Source: Paramecium tetraurelia | Lineage: Eukaryota | Direction: 5' to 3' | DNA: 64,000 nucleotides | Assembly (NCBI GenBank): GCA_000165425.1 | Contig: CT868463.1 | Coordinates: forward strand, 372,001 to 436,000 | In this document: positions 1-12,767 of the stretch, piece by piece | Numbering within the stretch: the stretch's first letter is position 1 | Layout of the letters: each line of letters begins with the position of its first letter | Program-made: the position numbers and the translations under genes | Notes under the pieces: generated by a model | Database searches by the model: none | Seen by the model: only the letters and a program-made list of their open reading frames with translations | Told to the model about the DNA's origin: nothing

Positions 1-1148
1 GCATTTGGAGAAATATACTTGGTACAATCTCAATCTAAATCTGAATATGCCATGAAACTGGAAAGGAGTGATAACAAACATCCATAAATATTCTTTGAAG
101 CCAAACTATACAATTATCTTTAAGGATAGGATCAGTATGATAAAGGTAAGTTTATTATGTAATTCTAAGGAAGGCATTCCAAAAATTCATGATTAAGGAG
201 TGGACGGTGATTATAATTACATCGTCATGGATCTCTTGGGACCATCCCTTGAAGAGCTATTTAACAAAAATCATAGGAAACTATCACTGAAATCAGTTCT
301 GATGCTAGCAGATTAGTTAATCTAAAGAATCGAATACATTCATTCAAAATAATTTCTCCATCGGGATATCAAACCTGACAATTTCTTAGTTGGAGTTGGC
401 AGCAAGAGTTCAAGACTTTATGTTGTCGACTTTGGGTTGGCCAAAAGGTATATAACCAAAGAAGGACACATTCCTTATAAGGAAGGGAAAAGTTTAACTG
501 GAACTGCCAGATATGCATCCATTAATACACATGTTGGATTAGAATAATCGAGAAGGGATGACTTAGAATCTCTTGGCTATGTCTTAATGTATTTATTAAG
601 AGGACAATTACCATGGCAAAACATGAAAGCAACCAATCAAAAAGAGAAATATTAAAAAATTATGGAAAAAAAGCAAGAAACAACTCCTGAATAGTTGTGT
701 AAGGGGTTTCCTAGTGAATTGACTCAATTTCTATGATATTGCAGAAATTTGAAGTTTGAAGACAAACCAGATTATGAATTACATTAGGAATCTATTTAGA
801 GTATTAAAAATATTTGATTGTTTTAGGAAGCCTTTAGAAAACCAAGGTTTTGAATGGGATTATAAATTCGAATGGATTAAAGATGAAATTATAAAGGAGG
901 AGAAATTCATAGGAGTTGCTATCCCCCAAAAAACAGCAGACATACCAGCCACTACTAAGCAAAGCAATTTTTAAACTATAAGAGCTCCCTTACTTATGCA
1001 ATATTAATCTAGGTTGTCCTAATAGGCATCTTAAGAGAAAAAAAGAAACTCTTCTTATAGTAAGAATAATAATAATTTAAACAAATAAATGACTGGATTC
1101 CTGGCGCCTAAAATTAATACCAATAAAGAGAGAACTAGAAAATATTGA
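1..1148 (+). CDS. CK1: Casein kinase 1 family kinase, 5'-truncated by the window; 3' part disrupted (possible pseudogene or sequence errors)
   Basis: Code-6 translation shows [64 protein letters not shown] and [13 protein letters not shown]. Introns at about 146-173 and 801-826. In-frame TGA at 734-736 and apparent +1 frameshifts near 776 and 830. Confidence 0.9.
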
Positions 1149-2392
1149 ATTCACATATTAATATATATCTATAAATCTAATTTTTCAAGCTTTTAATTTA
1201 TTAGTAGAGTTAGCTATTTCTATGATATAACAATATAATCATTTTAGTAAAGGACAATATGATTAAAATCATTAATCCAATATAAAATTTAATAAAAAAT
1301 ATTTAGAAAATATATATAGATTAAAATTTAATAAAAATATTTAGAAAGTAAATTAAATCTTATTTCTATAATTATGTTTTATGTTTTTGGTAGTTATAAT
1401 AATCCAACGTTTTCAGAGATATTATTGCCTAAGGGAAAATGACTATTACAAATTGTTCTTAGTTATCAATTGGTTGATAGTTCTTTTAAATTAGTCTTAT
1501 TAGATCGAAACCTCATATATAAAGTTAGACAAACTTTTCGTTTATTTCATTTAACACATTTATTGGTATTCTTTTTAAATGAAAAATTGAAATGTAGCTG
1601 AATGATTCATATATATCAAAATGATTACATTGTACCTAGAAATTCTATGAAAAAATTAAAATCCTCTTTTATAATAAAAGTCTACTGGAGTAAATTTTAC
1701 ACTCATTGAAATTAACATTATATATAGTGTTTTTGGAAAGTATTCTCTTCCATCATTAATCGCTGTTTATATACATGACTTCTAATTCTACTTTTTAAAT
1801 ACTGATCCCCTTAGCTTTATCAAAACTTGATACAAACAAAGCTATATCTAATAGTTGCACTCTCTAACTAAATATCTCATTAAAACTGTCAACTGTAATC
1901 CTAAAAAATATGTATGAGCAAAGATATTACTATATAAATAGAACAAATATATATTGAAGACAGATTAATTCTTATATCCATTCTACCAATATAATTATCT
2001 TAAGATATAATCCCCTTAAGTACAAGCCAATATATCAAGTAAATCTAAGATCTAGATAATTCCATATAACTTAATTTAAGATTAACTAAAAAGAAATATT
2101 TCATAAAAAAATTATATGTTAATTTCTCAATTTCTAATTGAATTATTGTGGATCTTAAAGTTGCTAAGATTAAAAATAATAAAACTAATAAGATTTCTGA
2201 ATTATTTCAATTTTATATTGTTTTATTATGAAACTACTCAATTTTATTCGCTTTAGACATTCAAATTAACAATTGGAAATTAATGTAAATCTTGGAGTAA
2301 CAATTAACATTTATTTAATGATAAATGCATTTTTACAATAAATTGAAGTAAAATGTGTAAAGTATTATAATTAGATAAAATTACAAATAATT

Positions 2393-3396
2393 TCAGATTA
2401 ATAGTTAAATCACAAAGATAGAGAAAACATAACCAAAATTTGTCTAGCATTATCCTTTGTAATAGCCTTCAATTTAAGTATTTTGACATGCACTACATGG
2501 ATTATCAAATATTCGTTCACATCCGGTTCCATTACATGATTTTAATACCCCACAAGTTTATGAAAATTCCTAATTACAAGAAGAAGGTCTCTCAGGTTAA
2601 CAATATTTATATTTTTATTATTCTTCTGAAACCTCTTCTATCTAGTCTGTGCTAAAGAATAGATTGTCGTAATCATTGCAATTTCCAATAAAATAGGATT
2701 TGATATTAGATTAATTGCAAGGTTCACAAGTATTCTTAAATGGTTACAAACAAGGTCGATTTTGACAAACTGCTGTTTCTTCTAAGAAACCACAAACATC
2801 TATTTATTCCATTATATCGCATTAATTCTTTTATTCTGAAATACACTGAATCTTAGTTGCTTATCTTTATCTAAGAATAAGAACTTTATTGTATTTACTT
2901 GTAGTCTGAGCATTCCCCATAGAAATAATTGTGTATCGAAGTATTTCTACAAGCATGACACTCATTAATGAATTAAGCTTAGCAGTACTTTCCATAGCAA
3001 TCAGTCAAGGAGTCTAAGAATCCACATGTTCGTTTTTGACTTCATGATATAATCTATAGTTTACTTAGTTCCACAAATACTTGGTCGAGGATCTGAACAA
3101 GAGAATAATTGAGTATAATTTCCAGAAGGGTTGAAAGTTGAATTAGTATATTGATTTTTGTCATCATTATGATTGCTGGGGGTTTTTTCATCTTAATAAT
3201 TAGTGCACTCACCATTCTTGTATTTAACAACAAGATTAGCTTTGCAAGCATAACATTCATTCATGAAAGTTTATATGGACACCATATTAATAGTGAGCCC
3301 ACACACAGGTTAATAATTATCTGAGCATTCAGCTGACGTTATGGTACAATCAAAAATCTAGGTTCTAATGAGTTAGAATAACAAACACAAAAACAT
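2393..3396 (-). CDS. Secreted/GPI-type protein with four Kazal-like serine protease inhibitor domains (~316 aa)
   Basis: Short hydrophobic N-terminus, then four repeats of C..C..CG..F-x-N-x-C-xx-C..G-x-C (e.g. CSDNYQPVCG..TFMNECYACK..KNGEC) and a hydrophobic C-terminus FGYVFSIFVIQLLI*. Introns of 25 and 28 nt keep the frame. Confidence 0.8.
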
Positions 3397-3649
3397 CTTA
3401 TAATTTATTATCTTTATTATAATATAATGGTTCCAAATTCATGCTTCTTTTAGAACAATTGATCAATTAGAATAAACAGTTTTTAAATAGAATCAAACTG
3501 AAAAATTGAAGAAAATAAGATTTAAATGATTAAAGGATTTGCTATCTTATTATAAATTAAATATGTTTGCTTGCATAATGTTTATTTTGAGCTTGAAGAA
3601 TATGGTGCTTTGATTTATAAAAAATCATATTTAGATTATCATTTTAATC

Positions 3650-4106
3650 TCATTACTCTTTTTAAGCTTCCTTTTATTATTTTTCTAAGTAATCTATTAA
3701 TTATTCAAGCCTATCTATGTTTTATTTGCATTTCTAGATTTCCTGATCTTTTTCATTAATGTTTTTTTTTAACTCTTAACTCTCCTTAATTAACTAAACC
3801 ATTTCGGAGGAATGCTTTCTAGAAGAATATCATTGGATATACTTTTGATCTTAATTGTTATTGTGAGCTTGTTCATTTTATCTTGGGACTTCATACTAAA
3901 TTGATTTAGCAAAAGGAATACTGGACATCAAATCAGGTTTGTATTAATTTTGACCAACAAATTATTGCTTAATCTAAGGTGCAAAATGCTAATGGGTTTC
4001 TATTTGTTTTTACTTGCTGTATAAAATTATTTTGATGGAATTATTATTGGAAAGGCAATTTTGGTTGGAGATAGGGTTGTCTGGAGGGTGGTTATTAAAT
4101 AAACAT
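3650..4106 (-). CDS. Hypothetical Gln/Pro-rich protein with C-terminal coiled coil (~135 aa)
   Basis: ATG at 4106, introns of 25 and 24 nt, continuous code-6 frame to TGA at 3650. C-terminus ELKKNINEKDQEIQKCKQNIDRLEQLIDYLEK is heptad-like. Confidence 0.6.
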
Positions 4107-4171
4107 GAATTTTTTTATATTAAATAATATTTATAATATTGACAATTCATATTGTTGATTTTGGCGGATAA

Positions 4172-4926
4172 ATGGAAGTATTGTGTGATAAGAAATTTTA
4201 GCAATTTATAATGAACCTAGATGATACAGATTGTAATTCTATTTAAATTTATATATAGTTAAAACTCCATAAAAATAACAATTGTCCAAATCACCTATTA
4301 CATGCAATAAACAAAGTTCACCCAAGAAACTGAAGGAAGAATTCAAAAAATATAAGATCATCAGGAAATTGGAATTCAATGATGACTAGATAGTAATAAG
4401 ACAAGATGGAATACAGGGAAGAAGTAAACGTAACATTCCCAAAGAAAACAAAGGTAACAATTAACTATTAATTTAGTTAACTCATCCTACACTTTGGGTC
4501 TTTTAAATTCCATCGAACTAAACCAAAATAATGTTATCATTAACAAGTTAGCCAAACCTAGCGATGATGATTTAATCAATCTCTCCAGAGACGACAATAT
4601 AGTGTGCAGATGCAGAAAATCAAAATGCATCAAAAACTATTGTGTTTGCAGTGCCAACAATCAAGAGTGTACATTCAAATGCGAATGCTATAATTGTTCA
4701 AACAAACAGCCGAAATCAGCTGTCTCAAAATAATCTGGTTCTGAATATTTGGGATGCAATTGCAGAAGATAAGAGTATTAGTTCTTAATTTATTCCAAGT
4801 TGCTCCAAAGGCTATTGTGAATGCCAAAAGAGAAAAACCAAATGCACAGCCAGATGCAATTGTTGTGATGAATGCAAAAATTGTGATATACAACCCTTAC
4901 CCTTTCGTTTAGATGGTTTATTCTGA
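4172..4926 (+). CDS. Tesmin/TSO1-like (lin-54 family) CRC/CXC domain protein
   Basis: Two CXC repeats: CRCRKSKCIKNYCVCSANNQECTFKCECYNCSN and GCNCRRQDCSKGYCECQKRKTKCTARCNCCDECKNC. Several ~25-nt introns. Confidence 0.88.
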
Positions 4927-5035
4927 TTTTAAATTTCATATGTTAATTAATTATATTATGCAATCGTTAAATTATTATTATTATAATTAGAAAACTGATG
5001 ATTAAACATCTATAGAATATAAACTATAATTGACA

Positions 5036-5384
5036 TCATTATTTTAATTCTATCTTGAAAAGTAACTCTTCCTCTATCTAATCTGTGTCATATCGTATGA
5101 ACTTCATATACACATTCGAATTCTTGGATGCCTATATTGTGATGTGAATTGTTATCGATTCTAAATAATAATTAATCCCTTCCATACTTACATTCTGCTG
5201 GTATTTCTAAGGTGTTTAAGTTATCAATCTCAAAGTTAGTTATTTTTATTATGTTCTCGTCCGATATAGAAATTCTCAAAATCTTCAAAAATTTATCCTT
5301 ATTTTTGTACTCAAATTTCTTTTTATAAAGACTGTTCTATAGTAAAATCAACTTATATTCCTTTATTGGCTTGGTTAAACTCAT
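5036..5384 (-). CDS. Small (~105 aa) protein with a single Ig-like (ASH/NPHP4 C-terminal-like) domain
   Basis: ATG at 5384, one 31-nt intron, TGA at 5036. Alternating beta-strand pattern KEYKLIL..KKFEYKN..LRISISDENIIKI..LEIPAEQSITIHITI..EEELLFKIEL. Confidence 0.6.
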
Positions 5385-6381
5385 TTTATTAATAATTAAT
5401 AAATAATATCATCAATTTCTCTCCAAATGTATTAAACCTTATAAACTATAAAATACTCATTCCCGTTTTATTCGGTAAACTTTTTCACCATATAAAATAG
5501 AATATTCTATACTGTAACATTCATGGGATTATTGAAATAAAAAATATGAAATCCAAAATCTACTAGTCGTATATTCATGTTTCAGTAATTGAGTAGTTAA
5601 TCAAATTTCATCTTCAAACTAATCAAAGTGTTTTTATTAATTCACCTTATATATTCTTCTCTTTCTCACATTTTCTTATTAGATGAATTTGTTTCAATAT
5701 TTAATTAAGGTTATCATACTACAAGTATTCTGTATTCTATTTTTATAGTTTGATTCAGATTATTCTATCAATTTAGAGCTAATTCAATATTAAATTCTTA
5801 AAAATGACATCTGATTTATAACTTTACATCTTTTCTTATTAAAAAATTTTAAATCAAATAATTGGTAATTTAATTAATAATGGTTAAATACATATTTTTG
5901 AGTAAGATTCAAAAAATAGGATCAAGATAAGAGAAGTATTTAATTTGTCTCTTAAATAATTTATCATACATATATCATTTAATCTATTTAGATTAGGATC
6001 CTCACTTTATTTTATTTTTTTTTACAATTAAGAATTTAATATCCAAATTAGGATCAATTATAATAATAAGTATTTTCAAAGTTTTCTTATTGCAAATTTA
6101 TTTGATATTTTTATAAATGCATTTAAATTCTAAGCAATTTTAAGGGTTGCACATTCGTAGATTTCTTTTTGTGAGATTTTAAATTGATTGTTGATCTCAA
6201 CAATTATAATATGGTTGTTAAATCAACGAATAATCTTAGCCATCTCCATCTCAAATCTTTCTAATTCTACTTTCTTAATTAAGTATATTCTTTCTATGAT
6301 GTTTTCTTTGCGTTTCTCTATAATTAAGCTAATCAAAATTGATATTATTATCATCCTCAAACATTAATAAAAATAAATAAT

Positions 6382-6966
6382 TCAAATAGGTTTCATTTCT
6401 TTACCAAGCCACTCTATACAACTCATAATATCCTTTAATTCTAATGTACTTCCTTTGAACACATTTACCTTTCCTGGTTTATTTCTTTAAATGGAAAATT
6501 AAATAAATATACTTTAAGAATTCTTTCGTAGTGTCAAATGGATTTTCTTTTCCATTTTGATTCACAAATACTGCAATTGGAGTCTTAATAATATCAAATT
6601 GAGCTCTATACATCTTTGAGATCTGTGTCAATCACAATTTTTTCTAATTCTAATAATGCCTTTTAGATATCAATATTGCCATCCATAACATAAATCACTC
6701 CTTAACTTCCATAAAAGTTTTGTCTCCAAAAAATTCTCTATCTTTCACTTCCTCCCATATCAAAAACACAAAGTGTAATGTTTTTTAATTTAATGTCAAT
6801 AATTTATAAATCTTCCTTCTTATCTTAATAATTTCCTTGGTTCAATGTTTTTATTAATGCTATATGGGAATTGGTGTATTTTACTTGACTTTCCTACTCC
6901 AGTAAGTCCTAAAATGAGGAGTTTTCGTTTTTCCTTAGAAAAGAATTTTTCATGATTGTTTCCCAT
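6382..6966 (-). CDS. Atypical Arf/Arl-family small GTPase
   Basis: MG start (myristoylation-type), KLLILGLTGVGKST, VFDMGGSERQRIFWRQNFYGSQGVIYVMD, PIAVFVN, CIEWL. Three short introns. Confidence 0.85.
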
Positions 6967-7495
6967 TCTTGAAAATTAAATAGTGTTTTTAATAATCAAG
7001 GTATGATTATAACAAATATATTTTCATAATTAAATATGCAATAATCGAGAAAACAATAATTAATTACTAAAAGGATGAGTGAATATGATATCTTTGAAAC
7101 GAAATGATGAAAGAGAAATTATTAAAGAATTACTTATTTAAAAGGGGGACAATATATCAAAATATGGTATTGTTTCATAAAATATTATATGATACATTAT
7201 GTGAGGTTAACATAGAATTTTTGATGAATCAAATCCGAAAACATGAGTTTTGTAGAACAAGCATAAATTATTAATATCCAATAAAATAAGAAATAAAAGG
7301 AATGTTTATTCTAGAATTGGAATTAAGTTTAGATAAAGGGATTGTAATAATAAAATTAGTAAATGCAAAATTTACTTAAAGATTATATATCAATTTATTT
7401 TAAATTCAATATAATAGATTAAATTAATAAAATAAAAAAAAATACCTAGATGCTTTCTAATTAGGTTTTAAATTATCATGATTATGTATTATATA

Positions 7496-8308
7496 TCAAT
7501 TAAATAAGATGATGATTAGTAATAGTTAAAATTCAAAATAATTTGAATATGAACATTACTAGCAATTATCTTATGTATATATGTAAGTATATAGTGTATT
7601 TTAGGTGCAATCTTATTGATTCAGCTAATTAGCACTATTTGCATTTTAACAGATCCCATCAGATAGTACACAGGGCTAAATAACATTTCTCTGAGAACCT
7701 TCCCAAACAAATGTACAATCTTCTGGCGACGAGTTTTAGCAAGTGGCCCATGTGCATAGATTATTAACAATTTGACATAAATTTGTATATTATTAACATT
7801 AATCTATAGATACATTTTCACAAAGCAAATTTTGGCATGACGAAATGTGATTGTTCCAATAACAAACATTTCCATAACCAACGTTATCAAATCGTATATT
7901 AAATATTGAACTGTTACATTCACTTTCATCTAAATAACTATCACATTAAGTTAACTAACATATATTATTGATAGCTGTGCCACATCTATGAGATTATGAA
8001 TAGCATTCTTGGTTTGTTGATCCTTTCAATTCTGTGCAATTATCCAATTCTACACATTGACCATCTTTTAAATAGCATCTATCCAATTGTGAACACAAAT
8101 ATAGAACTGTCTATTCATTGAAGTAAGAACAGTTGTAATCAAGTACATCAATACATTCGAAATCCACATCAAGCTAACAAAATTAACTTGAGCTGCACAT
8201 GGTTGGATCTGAAATTTATTGGCAATTACATAAAGTAGAATATTGGATAGATATATCCCAATTAGCCAATGTAAATTAAAAAGGAATAAAAATTAGATAA
8301 ATTATCAT
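7496..8308 (-). CDS. Paramecium 'mini antigen'-type Cys-rich surface protein (270 aa)
   Basis: Intronless code-6 ORF of 271 codons with a signal peptide, regularly spaced Cys (CNC.., CYW..SC, PCV..GIC, DCTQNTLYTY) and a hydrophobic tail LLLIIILFN*. Confidence 0.8.
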
Positions 8309-8796
8309 TATTTGTATTTTTCACTAATTTTGTGACATATAAATATATGATTCAATTTATAATTATTTTCTAAAAATATTGGGATGATTTATAGAAAGAA
8401 ATTATAGTAATATTATCCAATTATTTCTTACCCTTTAATCAACCAAAATTTTGTTATATTTAACAGACTATTAAAAATTTCAATTTAAAGGACTTATTGA
8501 AAATTCTAAAAAACTATAGTTTCAGTGTTCTAGATCAAATTCAAAGTAACTTATGTCTAACTCCTACGTTCTCTACTGAATAAATAAATGACTTTAATAT
8601 AGAAATTTCCTCAAATTTATTTTGGTAATTCTCATAAATTTGATTGATCATAAATATCTAATCTTGAAAGTTTAGGTACAATTATCATCTCAATACTAAA
8701 AATAAATCTAACTTATAAATAACATAATTTGAACTATTGAAATTTGATAACTGAATAAATAGATTTATAAAAAATTTAAACATATTCATAAATTGA

Positions 8797-9963
8797 TCAA
8801 ATGAAAAAACAAACTAAAATCAATGTTCCAACAATCAAAATATTAGCATTCAATGGACATCCATCTAATTAAGGTAGGTCATAATTATTAACATTCTATG
8901 ATTAATCACAATTGATGCATTCATTAGTCTCTTTATCTTTAACACATCCTATCTCTGGAGTAATTCCTATAGTTGATGTCTAAGCTAGTTCTAATAATCG
9001 AGATTATTCATGTAATATTCTTGATCCTGCTATTGAAGATACCATAGCCTTTGCTGATATTGTTATAGGTGTCCATGCAATCTCGATATTAATCAAATAC
9101 ATGGCATATCCTTTTTAGGATATTACTTATTCTTTAATATCTGCTTTTTTGAACAGCTTATCTCCTGTGAAATATATTTCCGGATTGATCAAGTAATAGT
9201 TTTCTGTTCCTTACTTAGTTAGAGTATGTTTAAGCCATATCTGATCATTTAAATATAAGTCAGGTTTGTCAATTGTGGATTCACACATTTAATCAGGACA
9301 GAATTAAAGTGAACTTGTAACTGATGTTGTACATTCCGATTAGCAAGGAAGATTTTAAGATGAACTCAAACTTCCAAAGGTTGTATCCCTTTTTCCAGTT
9401 GATGTTCTCTCTATCCCAACAAAGAAGTCGAAAAAGATAACTCTTTGTAAATTACTTTCAATGTTAAAATTCAAGCTAAAATAACCATTGAAAAAGTAGC
9501 TGGTTCCATCTTCTGATAATTAGAGTTCTTTTACAAAGTCTTTGCTTGGAATGCTGAATTAATATGCTCTTACACTTAAATTATCATTGATGTAATTGAT
9601 AGTGTAAGAGGATAAATCTTACGTATCATAGTTCTTATTAGGATATTTATATAGGTTAAGTGATAGACATGAAGCAGCATTCTCTCCTTCTGTAATCCCT
9701 TTATTTGCAGCATCTGCGAACTAGGGATCAGTATAATGTATTGTTATATTCAAATCAAGAGTGTCATTAATATAGTCAATTGTCCCTTTGAATGGGTTTG
9801 TTTGAGTGTCTCCTAATTTTTTCATAAAAGTAAGGCAGCTCTCGGAAACACATTTATTATTTATTAAGTTACATCCATTTGAACATTTTCCATTAATAAG
9901 TTCACATAATGCATTAATTGGGTTCGAAAGATAAAGCAAGGCAAATAAGAAGAGCATTTGCAT
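8797..9963 (-). CDS. Secreted/GPI-anchored ciliate protein of unknown function (388 aa)
   Basis: Intronless 389-codon ORF with signal peptide MQMLFLFALLYLSNPINA, Cys-rich N-terminus, beta-rich middle and hydrophobic C-terminus ILIVGTLILVCFFI*. Confidence 0.8.
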
Positions 9964-10329
9964 ATTTAAATTATTTTTTAATAGTTTTCTCAACTGTTCA
10001 TTGAAAAATTGTCCTTTTTATTCTATTTGGTTAAGGATTTAGCAATTAAATTGCAAAATCAAGTTTAATGGAAAAATTTATTAAAGTCATTTAATTCTAT
10101 CTGTCATAATGAATTGGAATATATTCATATTTACATTTTAATTAATTTATTTATAGAGAATTTTAACGAAATTAAAAAGTTATCGATCTTAATGTTGACA
10201 TTCACCATTTAATTCGATAATAAAGATTTTATAGCAATAAATCAATTAAAAATTCAATATATAAGGGAATATTTATGTTAAGCATTTTGAATTAACAAAA
10301 TTATTCTTCAATTAAATTTTATTTACTTT

Positions 10330-11056
10330 ATGTCCCATTAATTAGGTGTAATATAAGAAACATATCAAGATGACTTATAAGAATTGATTTTGAAGCTGTA
10401 AACTTAAAACCAACTTATCGATAAGAGGGGACCAGTTTTAAGAAAGAGATAAGATCTTCTTTTGGGAGCTCTTAAAGATTGTCGAGAGGGAGAATTGAAA
10501 TTATGCGATTCGAAAATATCATGCAGCACTGCTTTGTTTACATCAATGTATGATGATACAGATCAAATCCAGAAGCTGTAGGATGAGTTGGCTCAAAAGG
10601 ATTAGTAAATTTAGGAATTAAAGGATTAAGTAGAGACACTATAGCAAAAAATTCACAGAATATAAATGTGCAATGATGAGATGCAATTCGAATTACAGAA
10701 ATAACATTAGTAATAATAAGCATTTTAAAGGGGAAGCAAATTAAGTTAATCTAGTATAATATATATGACTATTCTTAGTGATTGTCCCTCCCTTAATATC
10801 TTCGACTGAAAAAGCACAAGCCACTATCAACAAATTCGTATAACCAATGTCAACAAATTCATTTAAATCAACTGATAGCAACGGACCTAATTCAAAAGAA
10901 GATATGAGAAAAATGATAAGAAGGATATCATAATAAGCATCAGCTTCAGCTTACATATTAGCTGCCAAAGGAGACTATACGACCTTGGCTGCCGCTTAAG
11001 AAGAAATATAAAGTTAGAAAAGTGCAGGATCCTAAAAATCTCTGTCTAATAAATGA
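10330..11056 (+). CDS. Hypothetical coiled-coil protein (~233 aa)
   Basis: ATG at 10330, one 25-nt intron, TGA at 11054-11056. Coil segment QIQKLQDELAQKDQQIQELKDQVETLQQKIHRIQ. Confidence 0.7.
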
Positions 11057-11085
11057 TTTAATAGTTTTTATACAAGATTAAAGAA

Positions 11086-12767
11086 TCACAATTATGAAGC
11101 TGAATGTTGTGAGTTACTGTTCTTCAGGGGTTATTCCGATTATAATTTTAATGTATGCATTACGGATAATGGTTCCTTCTAAAAGAATGTGCCAGAAAAT
11201 TAACTACTACTTCTTTTGGCTGACAGTGACAGCTAATAATATTGCACTTCAGTTATTGAAGAATATTTCTTTAGATCATTAATTCTAGAATTCTTTTCAT
11301 CCCCAATTTCAATTTGACTGTTGTATTTTGACTCAAGTTCAGCAAGATTTAATTGATGAATGACATTCTTTATCAATTATTAGCTAGAATTCTATATTGC
11401 TTAGGTACTAAATTCACTATTTTAATCAACAAAAGGATGCTGTAATGCTTAGATAGCATTGATTCTATTCTTTCCATTTTTATTCAACATTTTTCTTAAT
11501 AGATCCTAACATAGATTCAATAAAATACTAATGATTATTCTGTTATATAATTCCCATCCTAATGCAATTCTAAATTCATATGACAGTGTCGATTTGATCT
11601 CAAAACTTCCTCAAAATTCTACCCTTGAAACAAACTTTGTCCCGTGAGTAATCTATAGAGTATACAGCCAGCAGAAAAGATATCAACTCTACAATTGTAC
11701 TTTTAACCATTTCTTGAACTTAATACTTCAGGGGCTACATAACCTGGTGTGCCACACTTTCGAAATAAATATCTTTTATAGATTTAGTTAAATACTTTTC
11801 TTGTAATTCTGAAGTAGCAAGACCAAAATCTACCAAAATCAACGAAGAATAATCGTTTTTTCTAGCAAACATTAAATTATCAGGTTTTAAGTCTCGATGA
11901 ATTATCTATTATTTATATATATTTATACTCTATGGGAATGGAGAATCTTTAAATTGGTGAGCAATTTCCACATTATCATTTTTATACTGTGAATTGGCAA
12001 TCGTTTCTCAGGCAAGGTCTAATTTGTATTGATTTAAATTTACCTTTGCTTTTTCTAATTCTCCGGTCAAACTCAACCCCTCCAAATAAGAAGTTACTAA
12101 ATAAAAGGTGCTGTCACCTGCATAGATTTCCTTCAAAACCAAGAAATTTTACTCATATTGTGATAATGTTTTTAGGATTTGAACTTCAGATTAAAATGCC
12201 TACTAATCTTCTAATTAATAAATACCATTCCATCGCCATGCTCTTAATTCTGCAAAAAAGACTTTTAGATTGCCTTAACTGCATAAACTCTTTTATCTAA
12301 AACATTTCTTGCACTGTACACCTTAAGACTTAGATAAATTTATATACTTTTGCTGAACTACCTTTACCGACCTAAAATATGGGTTTAAATAAGTCTCCGA
12401 TGCCCTCAAACATCACCTTTCCTGTGAGAATTTCTTTAAATCTTAAATTATTCAAACTTAAAAGTACTTTAAGAGGTCCTTTGCTTATGCGTGGAAAATT
12501 TTTTTTCCCGTTTAATAATCGATTTCAAAGTACTCCAATTCTTATCTATTCTTGTTTATCTCCCAGTTAATTTTTGTATCAAGATTGAGTGTAATCCTAT
12601 ATTTAGGATTGGGGCAATCTGGTGTCTAAAAATATTTTATGGCTTTTTACTGCTCCTATCGTTACTATGTCATCAAAAACCGTAATGTGATAGGTTACAT
12701 CCTTAAAAAAGTGCTTTCTAATTCCCTAAAATTTGAATCTTGCTTCTTTATAGTCAATTGAATCCAT
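11086..12767 (-). CDS. Ser/Thr protein kinase (CAMK-like, with a PH-like N-terminal region)
   Basis: VGKGSSAK, AVKAI, HRDLKPDNLMF, DFGLAT, KCGTPGYVAPEVL, DIFSAGCI. Short introns. Confidence 0.9.

Noticed and set aside
734..736. In-frame TGA as selenocysteine or programmed readthrough in CK1
   Set aside because: It is not at a catalytic Cys position and is accompanied by nearby frameshifts, which favours decay or sequence error.
1283..1347. Imperfect 26-27 nt direct repeat TAAAATTTAATAAAAA(A)TATTTAGAAA
   Set aside because: Only two low-complexity A/T copies, probably local slippage; not CRISPR-like or a transposon end.
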